Shown piece after piece: positions 44,826 through 53,490 of a stretch of 64,000 nt of DNA. The stretch spans positions 2,000 to 65,999 of IMG/VR virus record IMGVR_UViG_3300011723_000019; one strand, written 5' to 3'. The notes beneath the pieces were generated by a model, which worked only from the letters and a program-made list of their open reading frames with translations, did not search any database and had not been told where the DNA came from. A program made the translations under genes and the position numbers. Positions within the stretch are counted from its first letter, which is position 1. Each line of letters opens with the position of its first letter. The DNA comes from a virus (Duplodnaviria; Caudoviricetes).

Positions 44826-46186
44826 GTACTAGGCATACACAATTTTCCAGTGATGGTTTTCCGCTATATTCTTTCAGAGAAGGAAGTTCTGTAGTTCTAA
44901 CAAATGCTTCAGCTGGTAAATCCGGGGAATCAGGCATAGCAAATTTTTCTACTGTCCTTCCAAATAAAAATGAGTTTTCCGGGGGACGTGATTGGGTACC
45001 ATGGGGGAAAAGTGATAAGTTTCCTGATGAAATGTGGGCTATGGTGCGCAAAAGTGGCGTAGCCATGAGCGCGCTAAGGCTTTTGAATCTAAAATTGTTC
45101 GGTCAAATGGTTGTTCCGGCTATTCCTAGAGAATTAGACGATAACAATCAGATGAAATATGACCTTGTAAAGGATCAGGATGTGCGCGATTTCTTTAAGC
45201 GCTCCAATTTCGATGTTACACGGCTGGCAATTATCCAGGATTATAATGCATTGGCAAACTCATTTCCATTGTTGATGCTGAATGAGGACCGCTCAAAGAT
45301 TGTCCGGATCGGGCATGATAAGGCTAGAAAATTCCGATATCGTCCCTACAATGAAAAAAGTGGACGAATAGAAAAAGCTATGCGATCGGCAAACTTTCCT
45401 TCACCTGCAGATGACTATGACGAGTTTGATGTGATTGATTCGCGAGACTGGTTTTCGGAAGTTGATCGCATCAAATATGTTGAGAAAGGTCATAATTATG
45501 TTTTCCCTACGTATTATCCTGATCCGGAGTTTGATTACTATTCCTTGGCTCATTGGGATGGCGTTCGCTCTAATGGCTGGCTGGAGATATCCAATTCTAT
45601 TCCATCTTATAAACGAGCAATCTTTAGAAATCAAGCAGCTATTAAGTATCACGTAAAGATTTCCATGTCTTACTGGCTAACCAAATATCCTAAATGGGCA
45701 TCAATGGGTGAGGCTGAAAGGACAAAGGCCGTAAATGATCAGTACGATGAAATGGACAAGTATTTAACCGGTACCGAAAATGCGATGAAAACATTTGTTT
45801 CATTCTTCGATATTAACAAACTGAATGGTACAAGCATTCCTGGTATCGAAATCGTTGCGATTGATGATAAGTTGAAGTCTGACGCTTATCTGCCTGATGG
45901 CGCAGCTGCCAATGCCGAGATTCTTTTTTCAATGTTGGTTAATCCGGCAATATTTGGTCTAGGTATGCCGGGCGGATCGTATGGTGGAGCCAACCAGGGA
46001 GGGTCCGATATCCGGGAGTCCTGGTTAGTGATGAATGCCATTAATGCTGCTGATCGTGCAATCATTTATCAAATGTTTGAATTTGTCCGGGATTACAACG
46101 GTTGGAATCCTGACATGACGCTTTTAACTTTGGATAAAGTGTTGACTACTACGGATACAGGTAAGGGAAGTAAAATTGTTAGTTAA
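44822..46186 (+). CDS. Portal protein
   Basis: 454 aa; WVPWGKSDKFP and YYPDPEFDYYSLAHW pattern; position after the terminase. Confidence 0.75.
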   Translation: MSTRHTQFSSDGFPLYSFREGSSVVLTNASAGKSGESGIANFSTVLPNKNEFSGGRDWVPWGKSDKFPDEMWAMVRKSGVAMSALRLLNLKLFGQMVVPAIPRELDDNNQMKYDLVKDQDVRDFFKRSNFDVTRLAIIQDYNALANSFPLLMLNEDRSKIVRIGHDKARKFRYRPYNEKSGRIEKAMRSANFPSPADDYDEFDVIDSRDWFSEVDRIKYVEKGHNYVFPTYYPDPEFDYYSLAHWDGVRSNGWLEISNSIPSYKRAIFRNQAAIKYHVKISMSYWLTKYPKWASMGEAERTKAVNDQYDEMDKYLTGTENAMKTFVSFFDINKLNGTSIPGIEIVAIDDKLKSDAYLPDGAAANAEILFSMLVNPAIFGLGMPGGSYGGANQGGSDIRESWLVMNAINAADRAIIYQMFEFVRDYNGWNPDMTLLTLDKVLTTTDTGKGSKIVS

Positions 46187-46197
46187 GGAGGTGATTT

Positions 46198-47241
46198 ATG
46201 AGACTATTTTCAGATATCAATGAGATCAAGCAAAAAGTAACCTTAAATGATACTATAAAGCTACAAGAAATTCGTCCTCAGATAAGCAGGACCGAACGCT
46301 CCCAGATACAGCCTTTACTCGGCAATGAGTTCTATAATGAATTGGCTGAAGCTTACGCAGCAGCTTTAGCGATTTTGGAGACAAAGCCTGAAGCTGAAAA
46401 AAAGAAAATTAAAGATTCCGGTACCCAGTACTTGTTGATGACCGAAAAGTATTGGCCTGTAATGGAAATCGTGCAAGATGCGATCGCTAACATAACTTTC
46501 ATGAATGCGATTGATCAGGTTCAGGTGAGTATCGGAGCCACCGGAGTCTCCATTTCTGTCAATGATACGAAAAAGACTGCTTTCCAGTGGCAGATTGATA
46601 ATCTGAAGTACCAATTTGCCAGTGACGGTTTTAATGCGCTCAATGAGCTGCTACTTTATCTGGAAGCAAACTTGACTGATTTTCCGGTATGGGCAGCTAG
46701 TGAGGCGTACTTTGAACAAAAGAAATTCTTTGTTGAAACTGCTGAGATTTTTTCTGAAAACTATCAGATCAATGCTAACCGGATGACCTATTTGACACTT
46801 CGATACATTATGAAGCGTGTTGAATGGAATGATGTCCGGACAAAAATCAGCGAACCGCTTTTTTTGAAACTGAAGGAGAAACAATTATCCGGATACACCA
46901 CCAAAGAAAAGATTCTGCTGGAGCGCTTTCTTATACCAGGAATTGTATTGCTGACCGTAGCGAAAGGTATTGTCGAGCGCGCAATAGAAGTCACTGATCT
47001 TGGCGTTCAGATCAATCTGTATACCTATTATGTGACCTTGAAGGATGCCCGTAAAAAAGGCGGAGACAGTGAGCGCGAAAAAATGATTGAGCAGCTCACG
47101 AATGATGGTAATAAATATTTAGATGAAGCAAGAAATTACATCGACGCGAATGAGGCGGATTTTCCGGATGCGAAGGATGTTGAAACGGAAATGAGTTATA
47201 GAGTAATTAATAAACCTGAAAGCGGAATTTTTGGAATGTAA
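46198..47241 (+). CDS. Head-tail connector/adaptor-like protein
   Basis: Follows the portal; internally duplicated pattern (QPLLG..Y / SEPLF..L). Confidence 0.5.
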   Translation: MRLFSDINEIKQKVTLNDTIKLQEIRPQISRTERSQIQPLLGNEFYNELAEAYAAALAILETKPEAEKKKIKDSGTQYLLMTEKYWPVMEIVQDAIANITFMNAIDQVQVSIGATGVSISVNDTKKTAFQWQIDNLKYQFASDGFNALNELLLYLEANLTDFPVWAASEAYFEQKKFFVETAEIFSENYQINANRMTYLTLRYIMKRVEWNDVRTKISEPLFLKLKEKQLSGYTTKEKILLERFLIPGIVLLTVAKGIVERAIEVTDLGVQINLYTYYVTLKDARKKGGDSEREKMIEQLTNDGNKYLDEARNYIDANEADFPDAKDVETEMSYRVINKPESGIFGM

Positions 47242-47242
47242 T

Positions 47243-47653
47243 ATGGAAAACGAGCAATTCTCACTTATGCAGCTTGTCATGGCTGTAATTAGCTCTGGAG
47301 TTTTATCAACAATCGTAACCTATTGGACGAGCAAAAAGCAGACAAATGCTGTGATTGAGCAGACGAATGCCACTGTTGATGAACAGGTGCGGACAACTTA
47401 TGGAGAAATGATCAAAGATCAACGCACGCAGATCGGGTTTCTTCAGGATCAGATAGAAACGGCTCTCAAAAGGGAGCAGGAGTATATCGCGCTTTTAAAT
47501 AAAGCTAATAGTCTAACAAATTCGCTCTCTGCAGAACTTGCGGCTTGTCAGTTGTCTATTAAAAATTTGGAAGCAACAAAATTGAAGTACGAACAAAAAT
47601 TAGCCTCTTATGAAGATATCGCAAAACGCGCTGAGACTCGTCAAGGGGTTTGA
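47243..47653 (+). CDS. Single-TM coiled-coil protein, holin candidate
   Basis: LVMAVISSGVLSTIVTYW TM; directly before the lysozyme. Confidence 0.5.
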   Translation: MENEQFSLMQLVMAVISSGVLSTIVTYWTSKKQTNAVIEQTNATVDEQVRTTYGEMIKDQRTQIGFLQDQIETALKREQEYIALLNKANSLTNSLSAELAACQLSIKNLEATKLKYEQKLASYEDIAKRAETRQGV

Positions 47654-48071
47654 GGAGCTTAGGCTTAACGCCTATTTAGATAACTTCGGTGTTTGGACTT
47701 TGGGCTATGGTACAGTAAGATGGCCAGACGGCCAAAAGGTACGCCAGGGGGATCGTATCAAGGATGAGGCTGAGGCGAGCGATCTCCTTAGATATTCGCT
47801 TATTTCTCCCTCCAGAATAGTAAACTCTCATGTGGATGTAAGGTTAACCCAAAATCAGTTTGATACTTTAGTATCAATTGTTTATAGTATACGTGGTTTA
47901 GCTTTCAACCGGTCGAAATTGCTAGGACTTTTAAACAATGAAGAGTATTTCAAAGCAGCTGATGCAATTCTCGAAATTCCAGCCGAAAAGTGTCGCATGA
48001 GATTTAATAGGGAATTAGGACATTTGAAACGTAGACGCTTGAGGGAGCGTGAGTTGTTTCTAACAATATAG
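47610..48071 (+). CDS. Phage lysozyme (GH24 muramidase) endolysin
   Basis: GFEELRLNAYLDNFGVWTLGYG with the E-D-T triad; LTQNQFDTL. Confidence 0.88.
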   Translation: MKISQNALRLVKGFEELRLNAYLDNFGVWTLGYGTVRWPDGQKVRQGDRIKDEAEASDLLRYSLISPSRIVNSHVDVRLTQNQFDTLVSIVYSIRGLAFNRSKLLGLLNNEEYFKAADAILEIPAEKCRMRFNRELGHLKRRRLRERELFLTI

Positions 48072-48219
48072 GTTTGTTATTGTTGGTGATTTATTGCAAA
48101 TCTGATCCGGGAGTGAAATTAAGGACAAATTTTGCTCCTGGTTCTCAATGTTAAATAATGGTTCCTGGTATATATGCGTGAGGGTGGTTTTTGGTTGGCC
48201 ACCCTCTTTTGATCAAGTT

Positions 48220-48741
48220 ATGGTAAGGCTATATTCTTTCATTCTTCTATTACTATCCCTGACTGGGTGCAATCTGTTTCGTAAGAAAACGGAGAGCACC
48301 CTTTTTTCTGCTGGCAGGGATAGCTCTTGGCGTATCACTAGTGTTTCAACACTGCAGGGAAATTACACTGTTAAAAATAGCTCCGGATCAGTAGCGCTTG
48401 AAGCTAGAGGCTTTGATGAGTTCAATATCAATAAAGATGGGAATATTAATGCTAAAGGCAAAAACGGTGTATTGATTTACACCGGAACCACAAAAGATTC
48501 CTCGGCCACTGGAGCAAGTTATATAAATAACACCTCCAGTAATTCAGGACATATCCAGGATTCTATTAATCTCAATGAGCAGGTACATTTGGATGCTGGA
48601 GCTAAAGTCGATAAATGGTTTTCGTGGTGGTTCGTGGTTGGGGGAATTATCGTGGCCATAGTTTTGATTTTAGTTTTTTCAAATGTAGGTTGGCCAGCCA
48701 TTTGGAACAAAATAAGGGGAATGTTTAAAGCAAAAGCATGA
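48220..48741 (+). CDS. Unimolecular spanin candidate
   Basis: Lipobox SLTG-C, beta-rich middle, C-terminal TM WFVVGGIIVAIVLILVF. Confidence 0.65.
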   Translation: MVRLYSFILLLLSLTGCNLFRKKTESTLFSAGRDSSWRITSVSTLQGNYTVKNSSGSVALEARGFDEFNINKDGNINAKGKNGVLIYTGTTKDSSATGASYINNTSSNSGHIQDSINLNEQVHLDAGAKVDKWFSWWFVVGGIIVAIVLILVFSNVGWPAIWNKIRGMFKAKA

Positions 48742-48867
48742 GATATTATTTCTTGTTTTTTAGTTTTTGTCCGGTCTACGAAAAATTCATTGAATTGGAG
48801 ATTTCCAAAATTAACGTTGTGCCGGCTCATTTATCAAAAGAGTATCATTTAGGTAAAGGATTTAACC

Positions 48868-49593
48868 TTGGTTATGAATAAGGAGGAAGCTTTGCAGTTT
48901 ATGAAAGATGGCTCTAAAATCAGCCATGAATACTTTCAGCCTCACGAATGGATGACGATTCAGGATGGGGAAATTCTCTTGGAAGATGGTGTAAAGTGTT
49001 CCCTCGAGGAATTTTTTTCCTGGAGGTCTACAGGTTGGGAAGAGGGCTATTGCTTCTTTTCAGAAAAAGATCAAAAAGCTTATGAGCGTGCGAAGCACCA
49101 TAATTCTTTGGTTAATTCCTTGAGTTTAGCAGAATTGGAAGCAACACCATTTTATCTCTGGGAACATATGGGGCTTCTTAAAGAAAAAATGGCTGAATCT
49201 TCCGAAAAAAGTGTCCGGGCAATTTCATTACTAGGAGGATCAGCTTCATTGGCTGGAGAATCTATGATGAAATTTTCTAAGGCAATGGCCATGTGTGGTC
49301 CAGTACTGGCCGATACCATAGCGTGTGGAAAAGTGTTGGATGCGTGGCTACAATCCGAAGAAATTGCAAGTAGATCTTTCACTGATTTTTTTATTGAGAA
49401 AATAGGATATGAAGGTAAAACGCAATATGATGTCGACAAGATGATTGCTGAATTAACCCTGGAACGAGGTGTTCGTAAAACTTATTCAGATTGGTTGAAG
49501 GAGAAGGGAGTAAAGTATTGTGAATTTATGACAACCTTTTGGGTTAAAGAGATGGCTATATTAGCCGTGAAAGGAGTTGATAATGGCGCATAG
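48868..49593 (+). CDS. Hypothetical protein (non-structural insert)
   Basis: ORF track; ATG 48874 likely. Confidence 0.7.
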   Translation: MVMNKEEALQFMKDGSKISHEYFQPHEWMTIQDGEILLEDGVKCSLEEFFSWRSTGWEEGYCFFSEKDQKAYERAKHHNSLVNSLSLAELEATPFYLWEHMGLLKEKMAESSEKSVRAISLLGGSASLAGESMMKFSKAMAMCGPVLADTIACGKVLDAWLQSEEIASRSFTDFFIEKIGYEGKTQYDVDKMIAELTLERGVRKTYSDWLKEKGVKYCEFMTTFWVKEMAILAVKGVDNGA

Positions 49594-50116
49594 GTTTGTC
49601 GAAGTATTTAGGGAAAATGTTCCTATAGCGGTACGTTTGCAGGACCTTTTGAAATATGTTGAAAAAGCCAGGGAGCTTCGTTGTTATGAAATGAGGATCA
49701 TAGTCTCATTTGATCCGGCGAATCCGGGAATAACCTTAATTTTTGGGAGGTTGATTATAAATGATCGGCTGAAAGCAGGAGTCTTTTTCCCTGACTTCGA
49801 TCATAGAGTTCCTGTTATCCCTGGAATCGACATGAGTGAGAAGCCATCTATGGGGGATTTTATTCAACCACATTTATCTGACGCTCTTAGTGCTGAATCT
49901 TTCAGAACACTCAGATGGTTGGAATTTGCTGAAGAAGTGCCAAAATTTAAGCGTCGGCTTTTTCTGAATGATCATCCAAACCTTGAATCAACGTTTGCTG
50001 AGACTTCACTTAAAAGTCAAAAAGAATTTGAGAGAGAGTATTTATCTAGTCCTCTGCCTGAAGAACCTGAAACATTAAACGATAAAAATGGAAAAACTAA
50101 CAATAACCGGCGCTGA
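49577..50116 (+). CDS. Hypothetical protein
   Basis: Overlaps neighbours. Confidence 0.65.
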   Translation: MIMAHRFVEVFRENVPIAVRLQDLLKYVEKARELRCYEMRIIVSFDPANPGITLIFGRLIINDRLKAGVFFPDFDHRVPVIPGIDMSEKPSMGDFIQPHLSDALSAESFRTLRWLEFAEEVPKFKRRLFLNDHPNLESTFAETSLKSQKEFEREYLSSPLPEEPETLNDKNGKTNNNRR

Positions 50117-50918
50117 TCAGGAATGGGTGGCCGATGTACCTCAGAGCTGGGATGAAGTCCCGTTGAATCTATATCCGAATCTTGCTCAATTATATCTCAA
50201 AGAACTGCCTCGAATGACGATCAGTGATAAGTTGGTAAGAGTATTGTATTTGTTAGCCTGGAGTGCAAAAGATGGAATTGACCGGTTTGATCTGCCACAC
50301 CTTCAGCAAGCTTTTAAATTGGTTGAATGGGTATTTAGTAAAGTAGAGATCAAAATCAACATACTTCCGGAATTTACACATAATGGCATCCGTTATTTGG
50401 GGCCTGATCCGCTATTGGGTAATATGCGTTTTGGCGAATTTGTTATGGCCGAAACATATTTTCTCCAGTACTGGGAACATAAAAATCCGGAAACATTGAA
50501 TAAGTTGATTTCGGTTTTGTATAGACCAGAGGGTAAGGGCGCAGCGCATGAGATTGGAAATGTAGAATATTGCGGTGATCTGCGTGAAAAGTTCAATTCT
50601 AATTTAACTGAATTCCGGGCTGAAGAACTTAAGGATCTTGATCTGTCTATTAAAGACGGTATTTATTTGTACTATTTAGCTTCCAGGTGGAAAGCTTTTG
50701 ACAGTTATCCTCATATTTTCCCAAAAAAGAAGAATCAGAAAATTGACACGCCAAAACAGAAAGCGCCTCGTTACGGTTGGTTAGGAACTTTTGATGACCT
50801 CGTAGGTGAAAAAGGGCGTACAGCAGAAACTTTGGAAAATGAGTTTGTACATACGACACTAATGAGTTTAGAACGGGGTCAGATTAAATTTAAAGAAATC
50901 AAGAAGAATAGAAAATGA
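50088..50918 (+). CDS. Probable tail assembly chaperone
   Basis: VPQSWDEV, LGNMRFGEF, VLYRP pattern; tail-region position. Confidence 0.45.
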   Translation: MEKLTITGADQEWVADVPQSWDEVPLNLYPNLAQLYLKELPRMTISDKLVRVLYLLAWSAKDGIDRFDLPHLQQAFKLVEWVFSKVEIKINILPEFTHNGIRYLGPDPLLGNMRFGEFVMAETYFLQYWEHKNPETLNKLISVLYRPEGKGAAHEIGNVEYCGDLREKFNSNLTEFRAEELKDLDLSIKDGIYLYYLASRWKAFDSYPHIFPKKKNQKIDTPKQKAPRYGWLGTFDDLVGEKGRTAETLENEFVHTTLMSLERGQIKFKEIKKNRK

Positions 50919-51385
50919 CTTTAACTCGGTACATGGAGCTCATTACAGCATTCGCAATAGCGGATCCTGATCTTCTGCACACTGAAGAAGCTCCAGCTAT
51001 TTTTGATTGTAGTGCAGATGAAGCTGCAGCAATTTTACAGGATATTAGTGACCGTATGGTTTTACTGGTTCCTCCTTATGCAAAAAGTCCGAAAAAGAAT
51101 AATGCCAATGGTAATATTTGGCTGAAGGAGGGCCTTGTTGTATGTGTACAATTTGTTCCAGTGGATAATCGTGAACGCAAAACAGAGATTACTGATAAAG
51201 CGGAGCGCGTTTTGGATCGGCTATATTTTTACCTTAATCGATTAAGATCTGCTCCTCCGGTACCAGGACAGGAACCATTTATGTTCGATCCGCAAATTTG
51301 GAATGGAGATTCGATCGGCCCGATCGGTGAAAATCATTTCGGTTATTATGCTGAGTTGGGAATTAGGGATAGTATCAAGTTGTAA
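50915..51385 (+). CDS. Probable tail terminator/completion protein
   Basis: Position and size only. Confidence 0.4.
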   Translation: MTLTRYMELITAFAIADPDLLHTEEAPAIFDCSADEAAAILQDISDRMVLLVPPYAKSPKKNNANGNIWLKEGLVVCVQFVPVDNRERKTEITDKAERVLDRLYFYLNRLRSAPPVPGQEPFMFDPQIWNGDSIGPIGENHFGYYAELGIRDSIKL

Positions 51386-51483
51386 TTTTTTTTAATTTGT
51401 TTAGTTAGGCCGCTGATGAGATATCACCGGCTTTTTTATTTACCGTATTTCTCATATTGTTGTATCCCAGTTTACCAATTAAT

Positions 51484-51518
51484 TGTCGTTTCAAAATTTA
51501 TTTTGAGAGCCATCTTTG
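51484..51518 (+). promoter_or_regulatory. Late promoter motif (copy 5)
   Basis: TGTCGTTTC-N22-TTTG, ATG at 51523. Confidence 0.7.
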
Positions 51519-51522
51519 TGAT

Positions 51523-53109
51523 ATGGCAATTTCAATCGTTAAGCAACCCAATAAAGTCTCCTGGTCGAGAAATCCAATAGTATTTGAATTCCATACTGAT
51601 CAAGTAATTTTAGAGGCTGGTCGTCCTTTGATATTTACTTTGGACTTTAGCCAGGTTGATAATGTCGTAGATAGTGAACTCCATACTCCTGAAAAAACTT
51701 ATTATTATTATCTTGATTGGTCGTTCACTTTAATTGTAAAACAAACGAAATTTCTGTTCTCATGTGAATATGCGAGTCCTATTAACAAGTTTAAAATTCC
51801 TCATCGAATTGGTCCAACTGAGACAAAGCAAGATTGGTTGGTAAAAGTTAAGAATGCAATACTGAATGCATTTAACCTGTCATCTTTATTTGTTGGAGAG
51901 GTCGACGGTCAGAAAATCAAGTTTAGCTCAATTGAGAATGATGTTTCTTTAGATGTGCAAATTCAAGATGTTACTAATGATCTTGCTGTGGCTATTGAGA
52001 CACCTCAAACGCCAGTGTCAAAAAATTATACACCTAATCTTAAAATTTTTGTAGAGCTTATTGCGATCGATCTTTCGTTGGCTGAACGCTCTGTTGTTTC
52101 TGCGGCTTTAGTTCCTGATATCAATGGCAATGCCTCTTGGGATTTCTCAAAACCTCTATCCTCGTTGTGTCTAAGTGACGGACCAGATATCTTATCGGTA
52201 GAGGATGTGGGTATTGTAAAAAGCAAATGTATCAAGCAATTCTATTTGAGAGCAACAGAATTATCCGGAGAGCCCCAAGGTCCCAGGACTTCAGTCGTTA
52301 CGGATCTGTTTTTCGCCGTTTATGGAGGGCTTCCAAAAAACTTGCAAAATTTAAGTTTTGGAGAATCAATTTCAGTAAATGAATCAGTTCGTTTTCTCTG
52401 TACAACTCAAGACAAAAAAGTAATTCCTGACCAACCGAATTGGTTGTCCTGGTTCAATCTAAATGAAACATATAAGGAAGTCAAAGTGGAGGTTGAAGTG
52501 GTTTACAGTGATGGGATGCCGTTCTCATTTACAGCTTATTCTATTGTTGAAATTAAACAATTTGAGAAGGTAATTATTCCGGTTGGACTCGTTCAAATAA
52601 ATGCAAATACCTATTATCCAGAATTGGATATCGTCTCATATAAGGTTTGGCTGCATGCGGAGGGTAAAAAGATTTCAAATATAATTCGATTTTTTGTTGA
52701 TGATACATTACATCAATATCAGCGTGTCTTTCTTTTTCAAAATTCTCTTGGATCCCCTGAGACGCTTTTCACTTCAGGGAAAAAAGCTATTTCCTACGAA
52801 ATTGAAAAGAGTAATGCTATTATATCTCAAGCCGGAACGTTTGATCTGAAGAAAGGCGAGAATATTGACCTGGATATTGTTCTTGAGAATAAGGAGAAAA
52901 TCAGTTCTGGATATAAATCATATTCTGAAATCGTTGGCTTTCGTGATTTTATTTTAAGTCGTTGGAAACTGGAGCTGTTCAAGATGGAATGGTGGCCAGT
53001 GAATATTTCATCATCATCCATCGATGAGTCTCAAGATGGAAACGGTCTATTTGCTGTGTCATTTGAAATTAGTAGCCAACATTCTCAAGAGCAATTTTTT
53101 GATAACTAA
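51523..53109 (+). CDS. Tail/baseplate structural protein
   Basis: In-frame ATG after the late motif; FLFQNSLGSPET motif. Confidence 0.55.
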   Translation: MAISIVKQPNKVSWSRNPIVFEFHTDQVILEAGRPLIFTLDFSQVDNVVDSELHTPEKTYYYYLDWSFTLIVKQTKFLFSCEYASPINKFKIPHRIGPTETKQDWLVKVKNAILNAFNLSSLFVGEVDGQKIKFSSIENDVSLDVQIQDVTNDLAVAIETPQTPVSKNYTPNLKIFVELIAIDLSLAERSVVSAALVPDINGNASWDFSKPLSSLCLSDGPDILSVEDVGIVKSKCIKQFYLRATELSGEPQGPRTSVVTDLFFAVYGGLPKNLQNLSFGESISVNESVRFLCTTQDKKVIPDQPNWLSWFNLNETYKEVKVEVEVVYSDGMPFSFTAYSIVEIKQFEKVIIPVGLVQINANTYYPELDIVSYKVWLHAEGKKISNIIRFFVDDTLHQYQRVFLFQNSLGSPETLFTSGKKAISYEIEKSNAIISQAGTFDLKKGENIDLDIVLENKEKISSGYKSYSEIVGFRDFILSRWKLELFKMEWWPVNISSSSIDESQDGNGLFAVSFEISSQHSQEQFFDN

Positions 53110-53117
53110 ATATTGAT

Positions 53118-53486
53118 ATGGATTATAATATAGATCTAAATGAGTTTGATATTACTCTCGTCCGGGGGACTACTGAAGAATATCAATTTTGGGGATGGGA
53201 AGTGATCGAGGAAGACACTGGTGAGATCGTGCCTTTTAGCTTGGCCGGAAAAGAAATTCGTGTACAGTTCAAAGACGATTTAAACGCTTCGGAAATAGCT
53301 CTTGAACTTACTAAAGCAAATGGAGGCCTAACGATCGAGCCGACAAAATTGACTATGAATTTTGGATTAAATACGGTCGAACTTAAAAAGGACGTGTATT
53401 TCTATGATATCCTTGTAATCGACGGTATTGAACGGACAACATTTGTAAAGGGAAAATTAATATTAACCGGAATTGTAACTAAGTAA
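53118..53486 (+). CDS. BppU-like baseplate adaptor domain protein
   Basis: VRG, YFYDI, TFVKGKLIL beta pattern. Confidence 0.5.
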   Translation: MDYNIDLNEFDITLVRGTTEEYQFWGWEVIEEDTGEIVPFSLAGKEIRVQFKDDLNASEIALELTKANGGLTIEPTKLTMNFGLNTVELKKDVYFYDILVIDGIERTTFVKGKLILTGIVTK

Positions 53487-53490
53487 AATA

